Of a stretch of 64,000 nucleotides of DNA, positions 8,659-17,985 are shown piece after piece (the stretch's first letter is position 1; each line of letters starts with the position of its first letter). The notes beneath the pieces are model-generated. The model worked only from the letters and a program-made list of their open reading frames with translations, searched no databases and was not told the DNA's origin. The stretch covers positions 22,268-86,267 of the forward strand of contig JAYODI010000006.1 in the NCBI GenBank assembly GCA_038279365.1, given 5' to 3'. Origin of the DNA: Candidatus Latescibacterota bacterium. GTDB lineage: Bacteria; Latescibacterota; UBA2968. Position numbers and translations under genes: made by a program.

Positions 8659-9423
8659 TTATGGGCCAGCATTTTGAGCCGCACGAATTCGGCGAATATA
8701 TGCCTCCGCCCTCCCAATGTATTCACTGTTCGGATAATCAATCTTCAGTCGATTAAACTCGACCAACGCACTGTCAAAGTTGCCCAACTGGTGATAAGAC
8801 TGCCCCAACATAAACTGTGCGTCATCATCCTTTTCTGTTTTGTCAAACTGAAAAACTTTATGAAATGCATCTAAGGCCGTTTGATAATTCTTTTGTCCAT
8901 ACTCACATTCGCCAATCCAATATTGCGCATTGTCGGCCAAGTTGCTGTTGGGATAATCGGTCAATAGACGTTCAAACAGATCTTGAGCCGTCTCATATTT
9001 TCGGTCATAATACGCACTTAAACCTTGCTCATACAACCGATCCAGGCTCACAGCAGGAACCATGGTGGTGTTGGTTTTAGGCATTTGTGCAGATGGTGTT
9101 GGAGCCATCATCTCTTGAGGTGCATTTTGCACTTGTTTGCTCAATGCTTCCAATTGCTCGGCCAAAACCATAACCCGTGTGGCCAAATCACCGTGTGATG
9201 TTTCAATGCCCGTAAAACGGGTGACCAACTCGGCTTCCAACAACCCAACGCGCGTTTCCAAATCCTGAATGCGCCGTTCCAAAAGCGGCATGGTTTCTAC
9301 TGCACTGTTGCGCATCAAAGCATCTTTGGGTGGATCACCAAACTCTTCATACCGCGTACTGGCACACCCCAAACCAAATACGACCAACAACACATACCTG
9401 CAAATTGTATAAAAATGTGTCAC
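8659..9423 (-). CDS. cpoB: Tol-Pal/cell division coordinator CpoB (YbgF)
   Basis: Lipoprotein-like signal, coiled coil, TPR with YPNSNLADNAQYWIGE. Confidence 0.85.
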   Translation of the reverse strand: MTHFYTICRYVLLVVFGLGCASTRYEEFGDPPKDALMRNSAVETMPLLERRIQDLETRVGLLEAELVTRFTGIETSHGDLATRVMVLAEQLEALSKQVQNAPQEMMAPTPSAQMPKTNTTMVPAVSLDRLYEQGLSAYYDRKYETAQDLFERLLTDYPNSNLADNAQYWIGECEYGQKNYQTALDAFHKVFQFDKTEKDDDAQFMLGQSYHQLGNFDSALVEFNRLKIDYPNSEYIGRAEAYIRRIRAAQNAGP

Positions 9424-9618
9424 ACGTCCCCCTCGTTCATAAACGATACAGCATCAGGATTGTTCCACCTGGCCATTTTAACTGTGCTGAGGTTTTGGTT
9501 TTTCCGCAAGGGGAAATCGCGGTCAAATCGCAGTACAACACCCTCATCAACAAAGGCTTACCCAAAATAAGCAAACGACCCAAACAAGTCAAGAACCGTC
9601 ACCCAAATGCGTTGCAAC

Positions 9619-9647
9619 TTGACCGAAAGATAGACAAAGACTACCTT
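9619..9647 (+). promoter_or_regulatory. Sigma70-type promoter (probably leaderless transcript)
   Basis: TTGACC-N17-TACCTT ending 6 nt before ATG 9654. Confidence 0.6.
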
Positions 9648-9653
9648 TTGGCC

Positions 9654-10433
9654 ATGAATTTTAACATCAAAAAACAGGTACAAAAAGGGTATTCTCGCGC
9701 TTGGGTGGTCGATAAGTATGCGGTTGTTGGGTTGTGGCCATCCGAAGACGAACTCTTCCAAAAGTTTTGGCCATATGGCACCCGCGTTTTAGATCTGGGC
9801 TGCGGTGCAGGCAGAACCACCCTCCCCATTGCCCAACAAGACTATTGGGTAACAGGAGCAGACATTTCTTTTCCGATGGTCCAACGAGCACGCGATCAAG
9901 CCGAACGTTGGCGCTTGCCCATTACCTGGGCCACATTAGATGCAACAGACTTGCCATTTGCCAATGAAACTTTTGGCGCCGTGCTTTTTTCATACAATGG
10001 TATTGAACTGGTTCCCGATGGCAAATTGGGCAAACAACGTGTTTTGAGTGAAGTTTGGCGTGTATTAAAACCAGGTGGTCATTTCATTTTTACCACACAC
10101 GCCATAGAGGCCTTGAACCAATATACCTTTCTTCGTTTTTCACGCCTCATTTCCTTTCTCGTTTCAAAAACGTTGCGACGCCCCACCTTAGAAAAAGAAA
10201 TTGGCGAAGTGGTGAACGACCCCAACCGCAATTTGGAAGTCTATTATATGCAAATCATTTCGCCACGCACCTATCGCAAAATGCTCGCCAACACGGGTTT
10301 TGAAGTGGTCTATTACAACAGCAGGCAACGCATCGACCAACAAAAACCGCCCAGTTGGATTGCCGATATAGACCCCGATTTTAAATTTTATGTCGCAAGA
10401 AAGCCCATTGCCCCTTCAATCTGTGACCCTTGA
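9654..10433 (+). CDS. Class I SAM-dependent methyltransferase
   Basis: VLDLGCGAGR, DATDLPF, RVLKPGG; start re-called at MNFNIK. Confidence 0.9.
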   Translation: MNFNIKKQVQKGYSRAWVVDKYAVVGLWPSEDELFQKFWPYGTRVLDLGCGAGRTTLPIAQQDYWVTGADISFPMVQRARDQAERWRLPITWATLDATDLPFANETFGAVLFSYNGIELVPDGKLGKQRVLSEVWRVLKPGGHFIFTTHAIEALNQYTFLRFSRLISFLVSKTLRRPTLEKEIGEVVNDPNRNLEVYYMQIISPRTYRKMLANTGFEVVYYNSRQRIDQQKPPSWIADIDPDFKFYVARKPIAPSICDP

Positions 10434-10441
10434 GGTTTCCA

Positions 10442-11359
10442 ATGCCACATGTTCTTGTTGTTGGCAGTTCAAACACCGATTTGGTGATGAATACCCCACG
10501 TTTACCCACCCCTGGTGAAACATTATTGGGGGCCACATTTTTCTCCGTTCAAGGCGGCAAAGGTGCCAATCAAGCCGTTGCTGCAGCACGTGCCGGTGCA
10601 AAAACCACGTTTATTGCACGTATGGGAAATGACAATTTTGGCCAACAAGCCTTATTGAGCTTACAAAAAGAAAACATTCATACCGACCACATTCTATTAG
10701 ACCCAGATTGGCCTTCGGGAGTGGCCTTTATTTTGGTCGATGACCATGGAGAAAACAGCATCATCGTAGCATCGGGAGCCAATGCGGCCCTATCACCCAT
10801 TCAGCTTGAAACTGCCGAAAGAGTTTTTGAACACGCCGATATCTGCCTGCTTCAGCTTGAAACTCCCATAGACACCGTGCTATATGCTACGCAGTTGGCC
10901 AGCCAATACCAAACTCCCGTCATTCTCAACCCCGCCCCAGCCACACAGCTTCCAAGTGAAATATGGCCCCATCTGTATCTTATAACCCCCAACGAAACCG
11001 AAACCGAAATGCTCACTGGCATTTCTCCCAATACCGATCAAAATGCACAAAGGGCAGCTCAGATGCTTTTAAACCGTGGTGTTCAAAATGTAATTATCAC
11101 ATTAGGCGCACGCGGAGCCCTTCTGGTTACCCCCACCCAAACCCATCACATAGCAGCCCCTCACGTAACCCCAGTCGATACCACTGCGGCAGGAGATGCC
11201 TTTAATGGTGCCCTTGCTTATGCCCTTGCCAATGATCAAACATTGCCACAGGCGACCCGTTTTGCCTGTGCAGCAGGGGCACTTACCGTGACCCAAGCAG
11301 GCGCACAACCCGCGATACCCACAGCAACACAAATTTGGCAATTACTTAAAAATCAATAA
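10442..11359 (+). CDS. rbsK: Ribokinase
   Basis: GGKGANQAVAAARAG, LNPAPA, PNETE, DTTAAGDAFNG. Confidence 0.95.
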   Translation: MPHVLVVGSSNTDLVMNTPRLPTPGETLLGATFFSVQGGKGANQAVAAARAGAKTTFIARMGNDNFGQQALLSLQKENIHTDHILLDPDWPSGVAFILVDDHGENSIIVASGANAALSPIQLETAERVFEHADICLLQLETPIDTVLYATQLASQYQTPVILNPAPATQLPSEIWPHLYLITPNETETEMLTGISPNTDQNAQRAAQMLLNRGVQNVIITLGARGALLVTPTQTHHIAAPHVTPVDTTAAGDAFNGALAYALANDQTLPQATRFACAAGALTVTQAGAQPAIPTATQIWQLLKNQ

Positions 11360-11392
11360 AATATCCCAAAATATGCGCCCATAAAATCACCC

Positions 11393-11421
11393 TTGACCCT
11401 TCGATCAGGTTGTCCTATATT
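11393..11421 (+). promoter_or_regulatory. Sigma70-type promoter
   Basis: TTGACC-N17-TATATT. Confidence 0.65.
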
Positions 11422-11507
11422 TTCCTTCCCGACTAAAGGGATCCCCCATTTTCCTTTCTCTCCCTTTAAGCCACCCCTGTTTGTATTGAAACATAGAAAG
11501 GACTTTT

Positions 11508-11705
11508 ATGAGCTGGCGGGAAACAGATACCATCAAACTCGACTTTGAAGATTTGGTCAAAGAACTTGACCAGTTTGAACAAGACATCCAATCCCTTCAA
11601 AGTCGTATCGACGATTTTATGAACGAAGCGCGACAAACACACGGTGACCCTGTAGAAACAGCCGAGGTAAGCGCATCTGACATGGGCGATATGAGTGGTA
11701 CCTAA
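11508..11705 (+). CDS. Small acidic coiled-coil protein (65 aa)
   Basis: GAAAGGA RBS; has its own promoter and terminator. Confidence 0.75.
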   Translation: MSWRETDTIKLDFEDLVKELDQFEQDIQSLQSRIDDFMNEARQTHGDPVETAEVSASDMGDMSGT

Positions 11706-11724
11706 ATAAGAAGCAGATCACTTT

Positions 11725-11768
11725 AAAAAAGCAATAGGCGGGGCAAATGCCCCGCCTATTGCTTTTTT
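11725..11768 (+). terminator. Intrinsic terminator
   Basis: AAAAAAGCAATAGGCGGGGC-AAAT-GCCCCGCCTATTGCTTTTTT. Confidence 0.92.
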
Positions 11769-11883
11769 ATTGCAAAATACTTTAGATTATACAAAACCAC
11801 AGGGGTGCCATCTGGTAAATTATGCGCAGTTCATGCATAAAATCCATTGCCCTTAGAACACAAAAAACGAAAGTTCGTAAACG

Positions 11884-12081
11884 ATGTTTATTACCCTTCT
11901 TTTTGCAGGCGTCCTCATCGTGGTTGTCGCACTCAAATATTTACACAAACCTACCCCACGTTGCCCAGAATGTCACACCCCCCGAGATGGTGACCACCCC
12001 ATTTGTGAATGTGGGTATGTGTTTGAATTTCCCGATGACGACGAACCTTTTGAATACAGTGACTCTAATGACACCCCTTAA
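11884..12081 (+). CDS. Small membrane-anchored zinc-ribbon-like protein
   Basis: N-terminal TM, CPEC...CECG, acidic tail. Confidence 0.7.
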   Translation: MFITLLFAGVLIVVVALKYLHKPTPRCPECHTPRDGDHPICECGYVFEFPDDDEPFEYSDSNDTP

Positions 12082-12093
12082 AAGGAATCCGCT

Positions 12094-13131
12094 ATGAAAT
12101 GCGCTTGGATATCTGCGCTTATTGTGAGCCTCTTAACCATTGGCCATTCCGTTCCCGTCGAAGCCGACATTGACTCGACCAACACGTTTACGTATTCAAG
12201 CATTGGAGATGTCGATGGTTCATTGGGGCTTATTGCACTCTATCTCAAACAACAAAATCGGCGAGAAGGTGCCACCTATGTATCTCGCGAAGTAGAATCA
12301 GGGATTGTTGGATATCAACTCAAATATTTTGATGATGGCAATGGCGATGTTGACAATGCCGATTGGTTCAGTGTAAAACGATACCGTATTCCTGCCGAAC
12401 CTGACACACTCAAACCTGTGGGCTATTACAAAAGCGACTATATCGAACTGGTTGATTTGGGGTTGGACGGCCTTGATGCAAAAGACTATTACTTTATCAA
12501 AGGTCGTCGATTCGATTTAAGAGGCCAAACGGAAGAGGTATTGCGTCAATATCAAGTACAAATAGAAAGCGGCGTAACGGCCTTTCTACAAAAAATCACT
12601 GCCGCAAAAGTTGCCGATGCCATTGGTTCAAAGGCACAAACTGGCATCAAAAAAACACAATCTTATGACGATGGCTCGTTGCCTGCTCGATTGGTATTCG
12701 GTTTGGATATGGGATATGTTTTTAAACCCATAGAGCGCAGTGGCAACAAACTCTCCGAAAAAGAGATGATTGAAGAAATTCGCCAACGAGTGGGCTTTGT
12801 TTTTAGTGCCGCCGTCGAATATACCGATCTCAATGGCTATCGTTTTCGCGAAGTTGCCGATCAAACAGCCCTTTTGCAGCGCACGTATGACCCCGTAGAA
12901 AAGATCATCCTCAAATTGGTCATAGATGCCCTCTTTGATACAGACGGTGATGGAGTGATCACCTCAGACAACATTTCAAATGGCTACACCCGCTTTCGAG
13001 AAATTCACCAACAACTCATCGAGCAAGCCCGTGCCAAAAACCAACGTATTGTTTTACCAACCGACAAACTCTTCCAATTGCGTGAAGAATATCAGGCCCT
13101 TCATGGACAAGCTTATAAAATACCCAATTAA
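12094..13131 (+). CDS. Secreted hypothetical protein with Ca-binding-like loops
   Basis: Signal peptide ending VEA; DDGNGDVD and DTDGDGVITSDN motifs; AAGGA RBS. Confidence 0.8.
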   Translation: MKCAWISALIVSLLTIGHSVPVEADIDSTNTFTYSSIGDVDGSLGLIALYLKQQNRREGATYVSREVESGIVGYQLKYFDDGNGDVDNADWFSVKRYRIPAEPDTLKPVGYYKSDYIELVDLGLDGLDAKDYYFIKGRRFDLRGQTEEVLRQYQVQIESGVTAFLQKITAAKVADAIGSKAQTGIKKTQSYDDGSLPARLVFGLDMGYVFKPIERSGNKLSEKEMIEEIRQRVGFVFSAAVEYTDLNGYRFREVADQTALLQRTYDPVEKIILKLVIDALFDTDGDGVITSDNISNGYTRFREIHQQLIEQARAKNQRIVLPTDKLFQLREEYQALHGQAYKIPN

Positions 13132-13145
13132 ACGTTTCCAACCTT

Positions 13146-15089
13146 CTAATACACAGGAATGCGGTTCCCTGTTGTGCCTGTCATCAAGTCAATGACCAGC
13201 CAAAAACCCGCCACACCAATTTGCCCCAATATCACACCATAAACCAAATAGCGCGATCGGTTGTAAAGCGTAAGACTCCCAAAGCGCAACATCAAAGACT
13301 TCAACACCCACGCCAACAAAAACGGAAACCAAAGGGCATTCATAATCCACGCAGGGCTTACCATATATCCCAAGGGGCTTAACGGCCACCACGTAAAGCG
13401 ATAAGACAACACCGTCAACAACGCCATTACCCCCGCACCAACACCCGTCCACATCCAACCACCTGCATCGGCCAATGTGGGGTTGCGCAATTTGTTGGCA
13501 GCAATGGCCGCAGGAAACTGTGCAAACCCCTGAAAGTATTGCTGGTGTAAATTGGCCGCACCGTGTTGATGCCCCAACCAAATCGTCACCCCCACAGAAA
13601 CCACCAAACTGCACACCATGGCCAACAACAAGGCCCACACAAAACGCCACTTGCCCACCTTCACCTCATCGGCAATGCGCACCGAATGTGCGGTGGGCAC
13701 CATCATAAAGGTGAGCAAATCGCCACACCACACCAGCGTAAACCCAATGGCCACCACACCAGCCACACCCAATGCCTCAGAACCAAAAGCCGATAGCGTG
13801 AACCCAAGTGGGATCATAGCCGGTACAATGGTGGCCAACCCACCATCGGTTACTGAGCGTGTAAGTGCCACAAATATCACAAAGGCCACCAACACCACAA
13901 CAGGCGCAATCCATAGCGGAATGCCCGTTTGCCACAACCACCCCACCATCACACTCCAGCCCACCACCAGCCCCCAAAATGCCCGCCGATACGACATCAT
14001 CTCTTGCTGATCTTCGCCTCCTCCATTGCCCACAACAGCCGCCCAAACGGATTTTAAGTGCTGTCGCCCTGCCCACAAACCAAACACCACCAGCACAATC
14101 ATTGCCCCCATGCCTTGATGTGCAAATATGGGTGCAACAGGTCCAGAATCGGTCCACTCACCCAACTCTTCTTTGTTGCTAATGCCCAACACACTAAATG
14201 CACCAAACAAACAAACCTTAATCAAATAGAAAAACCACAAACTCAAACTCACCCGCGTATTGACCAAATACGCAAACCCCAGCATCAACAAGTTGGTTCG
14301 AAACTGTAAATTGACAGCACCACGGAAAAGACTCACACGCGGAATGCCCCCCCCAAAAGCAGGAAATGTTGGAAAATAGTGGTGTATGGCCCCCCAAGAC
14401 CCAATAATAAAGGGAATGGCAAACCCTGCCCACACCAAAGGATCGCGAAAGAATCTGGGAAACCGCGTTTTATCTACATCCTCCACCATTGCCAGAGGCA
14501 CTTGCATCACCGGATACGTTAAGCGTTCACGCTCAACCCATTGGCGCCGAAAAATAACCATCAAACACAACACCGACACCCACAGTGCCAAAAAGAAAAT
14601 GCCCCACGCCAACAAGGGCTGAAACCAAATGGCCCAATCCGCTGTTTCATTTTTGGGCACCCCTTCAAAAAAATGTCTCAGCCCAACTTCACCGTGCGCC
14701 ACCATCCACGACTTGGTGTGCGGAATGAGAAGCTCCATCCACTGGTTCTCTGCCGAAGCATAATAGTGCGTCCCCGTAATCATCGACAACAAAGGCCCCG
14801 TTACACCCCGCGTAGGAATGGCCGTGGCCACCATCATCATCCCAAAAACCAACAGCAATTCACTGCGTCTTAAACCCCAGTCTGGGCGAATTGTTTTCAG
14901 TAGAGGATTCACAATCAGCATCCACACCAAAAACACAAAAAATGCAGCCGGTGTTAAACTCGACAACCCCAACCGACTGCCGCGCACCATCATTTCATTA
15001 TAAGGCGTTGCCGCCGCAATCAACACCACCAAGCCAAGCCCAATCCACAAAGCATAAAGCCGAGGGGCATCCGAAGTCTCTTGTATCAT
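13146..15089 (-). CDS. Polytopic membrane protein, DUF6785/DUF6784 (OPT-like putative transporter) family
   Basis: 647 aa with many TMs; motifs RRQWVERERLTYP and WWPLSPLGY recalled from this family. Confidence 0.75.
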   Translation of the reverse strand: MIQETSDAPRLYALWIGLGLVVLIAAATPYNEMMVRGSRLGLSSLTPAAFFVFLVWMLIVNPLLKTIRPDWGLRRSELLLVFGMMMVATAIPTRGVTGPLLSMITGTHYYASAENQWMELLIPHTKSWMVAHGEVGLRHFFEGVPKNETADWAIWFQPLLAWGIFFLALWVSVLCLMVIFRRQWVERERLTYPVMQVPLAMVEDVDKTRFPRFFRDPLVWAGFAIPFIIGSWGAIHHYFPTFPAFGGGIPRVSLFRGAVNLQFRTNLLMLGFAYLVNTRVSLSLWFFYLIKVCLFGAFSVLGISNKEELGEWTDSGPVAPIFAHQGMGAMIVLVVFGLWAGRQHLKSVWAAVVGNGGGEDQQEMMSYRRAFWGLVVGWSVMVGWLWQTGIPLWIAPVVVLVAFVIFVALTRSVTDGGLATIVPAMIPLGFTLSAFGSEALGVAGVVAIGFTLVWCGDLLTFMMVPTAHSVRIADEVKVGKWRFVWALLLAMVCSLVVSVGVTIWLGHQHGAANLHQQYFQGFAQFPAAIAANKLRNPTLADAGGWMWTGVGAGVMALLTVLSYRFTWWPLSPLGYMVSPAWIMNALWFPFLLAWVLKSLMLRFGSLTLYNRSRYLVYGVILGQIGVAGFWLVIDLMTGTTGNRIPVY

Positions 15090-15750
15090 TCACAAACCTT
15101 TCGCTAAAATTTCCGCTCGCAAAATAACACACAACCCACGTAAAGCCAACACACAAAAAAAGGGTCTAAAAGAGTATCCACCCCTATCTAGAGTCCGTGC
15201 TTATTATATTGTATGCACCTGCCTCAACCTACTGTTTTAAGAAAACATTTTTTATTATAAAATCACCAAAATAACAAAATATTATTTATTAAACACTTAA
15301 GCGAACAGTGCACGTCATATAATTTTTCATATTTTAAAATAACTAAGTATTGAAGCAAAATAATTTGTGAGTTTATCGAATCCACTGGCGGTCCAGCAGT
15401 CAACTTAAACCCTAATCCAAAAGGTAAGGATGAGTGGGCACAATGCTAATCGCAGACTGCTTTTTATTCAAATGTGCCCAATAAAAGTGCGATGTCTTCA
15501 CAAGCTATTGTGCTCAACAACTTATTTATCCAAACCAGTAATTAATATTATTTATCAATTCGATGAATATTATAAATTTTGAAAATCCATCTGTATCCGT
15601 AAATTTTAAATGTCTCCTGTTTGTCCATGTTTGAGACAACATCCATCACGTATGTCACACCCCAATTTATCCGTTGCAAATTGTGTCATTGTCCCTTATC
15701 AATTATCACTTCTTGCACAGTCCCTTATTCACAGCCACTTGGAGTCTGCC

Positions 15751-17109
15751 ATGCCTCTCAATGCCATATCCCCACTCGACAATCGCTACACCAGCCAACT
15801 GACCGACCTTGTGCCTCACCTGTCTCATTTTGGCCTCATCTACTACCGCGTGCTCATCGAAATCGAATGGCTCCGTTTTCAGTCCAAACACCCCGACATC
15901 ACCCACGTGCGTGCATTCACTGCCGAAGAAGACAAAACCCTCCAAAGCTGGTTGGATAACTTTGATGAAAAACAAGCCCAACGCGTTACCGCAATAGAAC
16001 GCGAAACCAACCACGATGTGAAATCGGTTGAATACTATATCAAAGAACTGCTCGCTCCCACCACAATGGCCGATATCAGTGAGGCTGTTCACTTTGGGTG
16101 TACCTCAGAAGATATCAACAATCTCTCACATGCCCTCATGATCAAAAACGCCGTGGAAAAAGTTTGGCGCCCCCAAGCCGAAGCCCTCACCCAAGCCGTT
16201 GTTGAACGCGCCCAAGCCACCCGCGACATTGCCATTTTGGCCCATACACATGGCCAACCCGCCACGCCCACCACAATGGGCAAAGAAATGGCTGTGTTTG
16301 CTTATCGCTGGCAACGCCAACTCAAACAGCTCAACCACGTCGAATACCTCGGCAAATTTAACGGTGCCACAGGCAACTACAACGCCCACGTGTCGGCCTA
16401 TCCCAATCTCAATTGGGAAAACATCGCTCGCGAATTCATCGAATCACTCGGCCTCACATTTAACCCACTCACCACACAAATTGATCCACACGACTACATG
16501 GCCGAAGTCTTTCACCTCATGATTCGCTTTAATACCATCACCCTCGACTTTTGCCGAGATATGTGGACCTATATTTCCATGGGCTATTTCAAACAAAAGA
16601 CAGTAGCAGGTGAAGTGGGTTCGTCCACCATGCCCCACAAAGTCAACCCCATCAACTTCGAAAATGCCGAAGCCAACATGGGCATCAGCACCAGCTTGCT
16701 CGAACATCTGGCCACCAAACTTCCCGTTTCGCGACTCCAACGTGATTTGTCAGATTCCTCTGCCATTCGCAACATGGGGCCTGCCATTGCACACAGCAGC
16801 CTGGCCTTGCAATCGGCACTCAAAGGCTTGGCCAAAACCGAAATTAACGAAGCCCCCATTCAACATCACCTCAACACCGAATGGGCCGTTCTCGGTGAAG
16901 CCATTCAAACCGTAATGCGCAAAGCCGGCATCGCCAATCCTTACGAACAAATGAAAACCCTCACCCGAGGCGTACAAATCACCGAACAAGACATACAAGC
17001 CTTCATCCAAAAACTAGACATCCCAAAAGAAGACAAAGACTACTTATCAAAACTCACCCCAGCAACCTACATCGGCATCGCTTCACAACTGGTCGATCAC
17101 GTCTCTTAG
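15751..17109 (+). CDS. purB: Adenylosuccinate lyase
   Basis: AISPLDNRY, TNHDVKSVEY, GSSTMPHKVNPINFEN; GGAG RBS before MPLNA. Confidence 0.97.
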   Translation: MPLNAISPLDNRYTSQLTDLVPHLSHFGLIYYRVLIEIEWLRFQSKHPDITHVRAFTAEEDKTLQSWLDNFDEKQAQRVTAIERETNHDVKSVEYYIKELLAPTTMADISEAVHFGCTSEDINNLSHALMIKNAVEKVWRPQAEALTQAVVERAQATRDIAILAHTHGQPATPTTMGKEMAVFAYRWQRQLKQLNHVEYLGKFNGATGNYNAHVSAYPNLNWENIAREFIESLGLTFNPLTTQIDPHDYMAEVFHLMIRFNTITLDFCRDMWTYISMGYFKQKTVAGEVGSSTMPHKVNPINFENAEANMGISTSLLEHLATKLPVSRLQRDLSDSSAIRNMGPAIAHSSLALQSALKGLAKTEINEAPIQHHLNTEWAVLGEAIQTVMRKAGIANPYEQMKTLTRGVQITEQDIQAFIQKLDIPKEDKDYLSKLTPATYIGIASQLVDHVS

Positions 17110-17149
17110 CAGTTGACTTTGCCCAAAAGAACACACCTCTCCCTAAAAC

Positions 17150-17366
17150 ATCTCCCCGGTGGTGTGGGCCGTTGTGCAGTTGGTGCGGTGGTGGCGGGTG
17201 AGTGGTGTGGCGCGTGGAACGCGAGGTGTGATGTGGGAACGGCACGGGCAGGTAAGGGTGGTTTCTGTTAGAAATAAACACTGAGCAAAATTTAAGCCCC
17301 ACGCAGTGGCACCTTTCTTTTGCCTACTTTTCTTGGGTGTTCAAGAAAAGTAGGTCGCCGAAGGCA
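17150..17366. repeat. Structured REP/MITE-like intergenic element
   Basis: G/T-rich block, 14-bp stem CCTACTTTTCTTGG/TCAAGAAAAGTAGG (17323-17354) and GCC-GAA-GGC mini-hairpin. Confidence 0.5.
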
Positions 17367-17418
17367 AACAATATTAAAAAGTTAAAAACCTAAAATATTA
17401 TCTCAAAAAGAGCCCCCA

Positions 17419-17985
17419 ATGCCATTCGAATTCAAACCCCTAAAAATCCCCGACGTCATCCTCATCACCGCCAAACAATTCCCCGATGAGCGAGGTTTCT
17501 TCATGGAAACCTACAAAAAATCCGACTTCGAAGCCCACGGCATCACGCGCACATTCATTCAAGACAACTACTCTCGCTCTACCTATGGTGTCTTGCGCGG
17601 TTTGCACTACCAAAAAGATCCCATGGCCCAAGGCAAACTCGTCTCTGTCATCAAGGGCAAAATATTTGATGTCGCCGTAGACATTCGCCAAGGTTCTCCC
17701 TACTTTGGCCAATGGGTTGGCGTTGAACTTTCTGACGAACGCCCCGAACTTCTCTGGGTCCCAGAGGGCTTTGCTCATGGCTTTTGTGTCATGAGTGAAA
17801 CGGTCGACTTTACCTACAAGTGCAGCGGTGGTGAATATGCCCCAGACACCTATCGGGGCATCGCCTGGAACGACCCAGACTTGGATATTCCTTGGCCCGT
17901 AGAAACCCCCAACTTATCAGAACGCGACACACAACTCCCCCCACTCAAAGATGCCGACAACAATTATGTATACAAATCCGAATAG
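17419..17985 (+). CDS. rmlC: dTDP-4-dehydrorhamnose 3,5-epimerase
   Basis: DERGFFME, QDNYSRS..GVLRGLHYQ, DVAVDIR, PEGFAHGF. Confidence 0.97.
   Translation: MPFEFKPLKIPDVILITAKQFPDERGFFMETYKKSDFEAHGITRTFIQDNYSRSTYGVLRGLHYQKDPMAQGKLVSVIKGKIFDVAVDIRQGSPYFGQWVGVELSDERPELLWVPEGFAHGFCVMSETVDFTYKCSGGEYAPDTYRGIAWNDPDLDIPWPVETPNLSERDTQLPPLKDADNNYVYKSE

Noticed and set aside
9330-9653. Long N-terminal extensions in the ORF track (also purB 15610, purL 18144, rlmD 29349, 58807, 59823)
   Set aside because: They overlap neighbouring genes, promoters or terminators; family motifs and RBSs point to downstream starts.
15370-15750. ZTP, purine or PRPP riboswitch upstream of purB
   Set aside because: Only a partial ACTGGCG match; the other conserved elements are not recognisable by eye.
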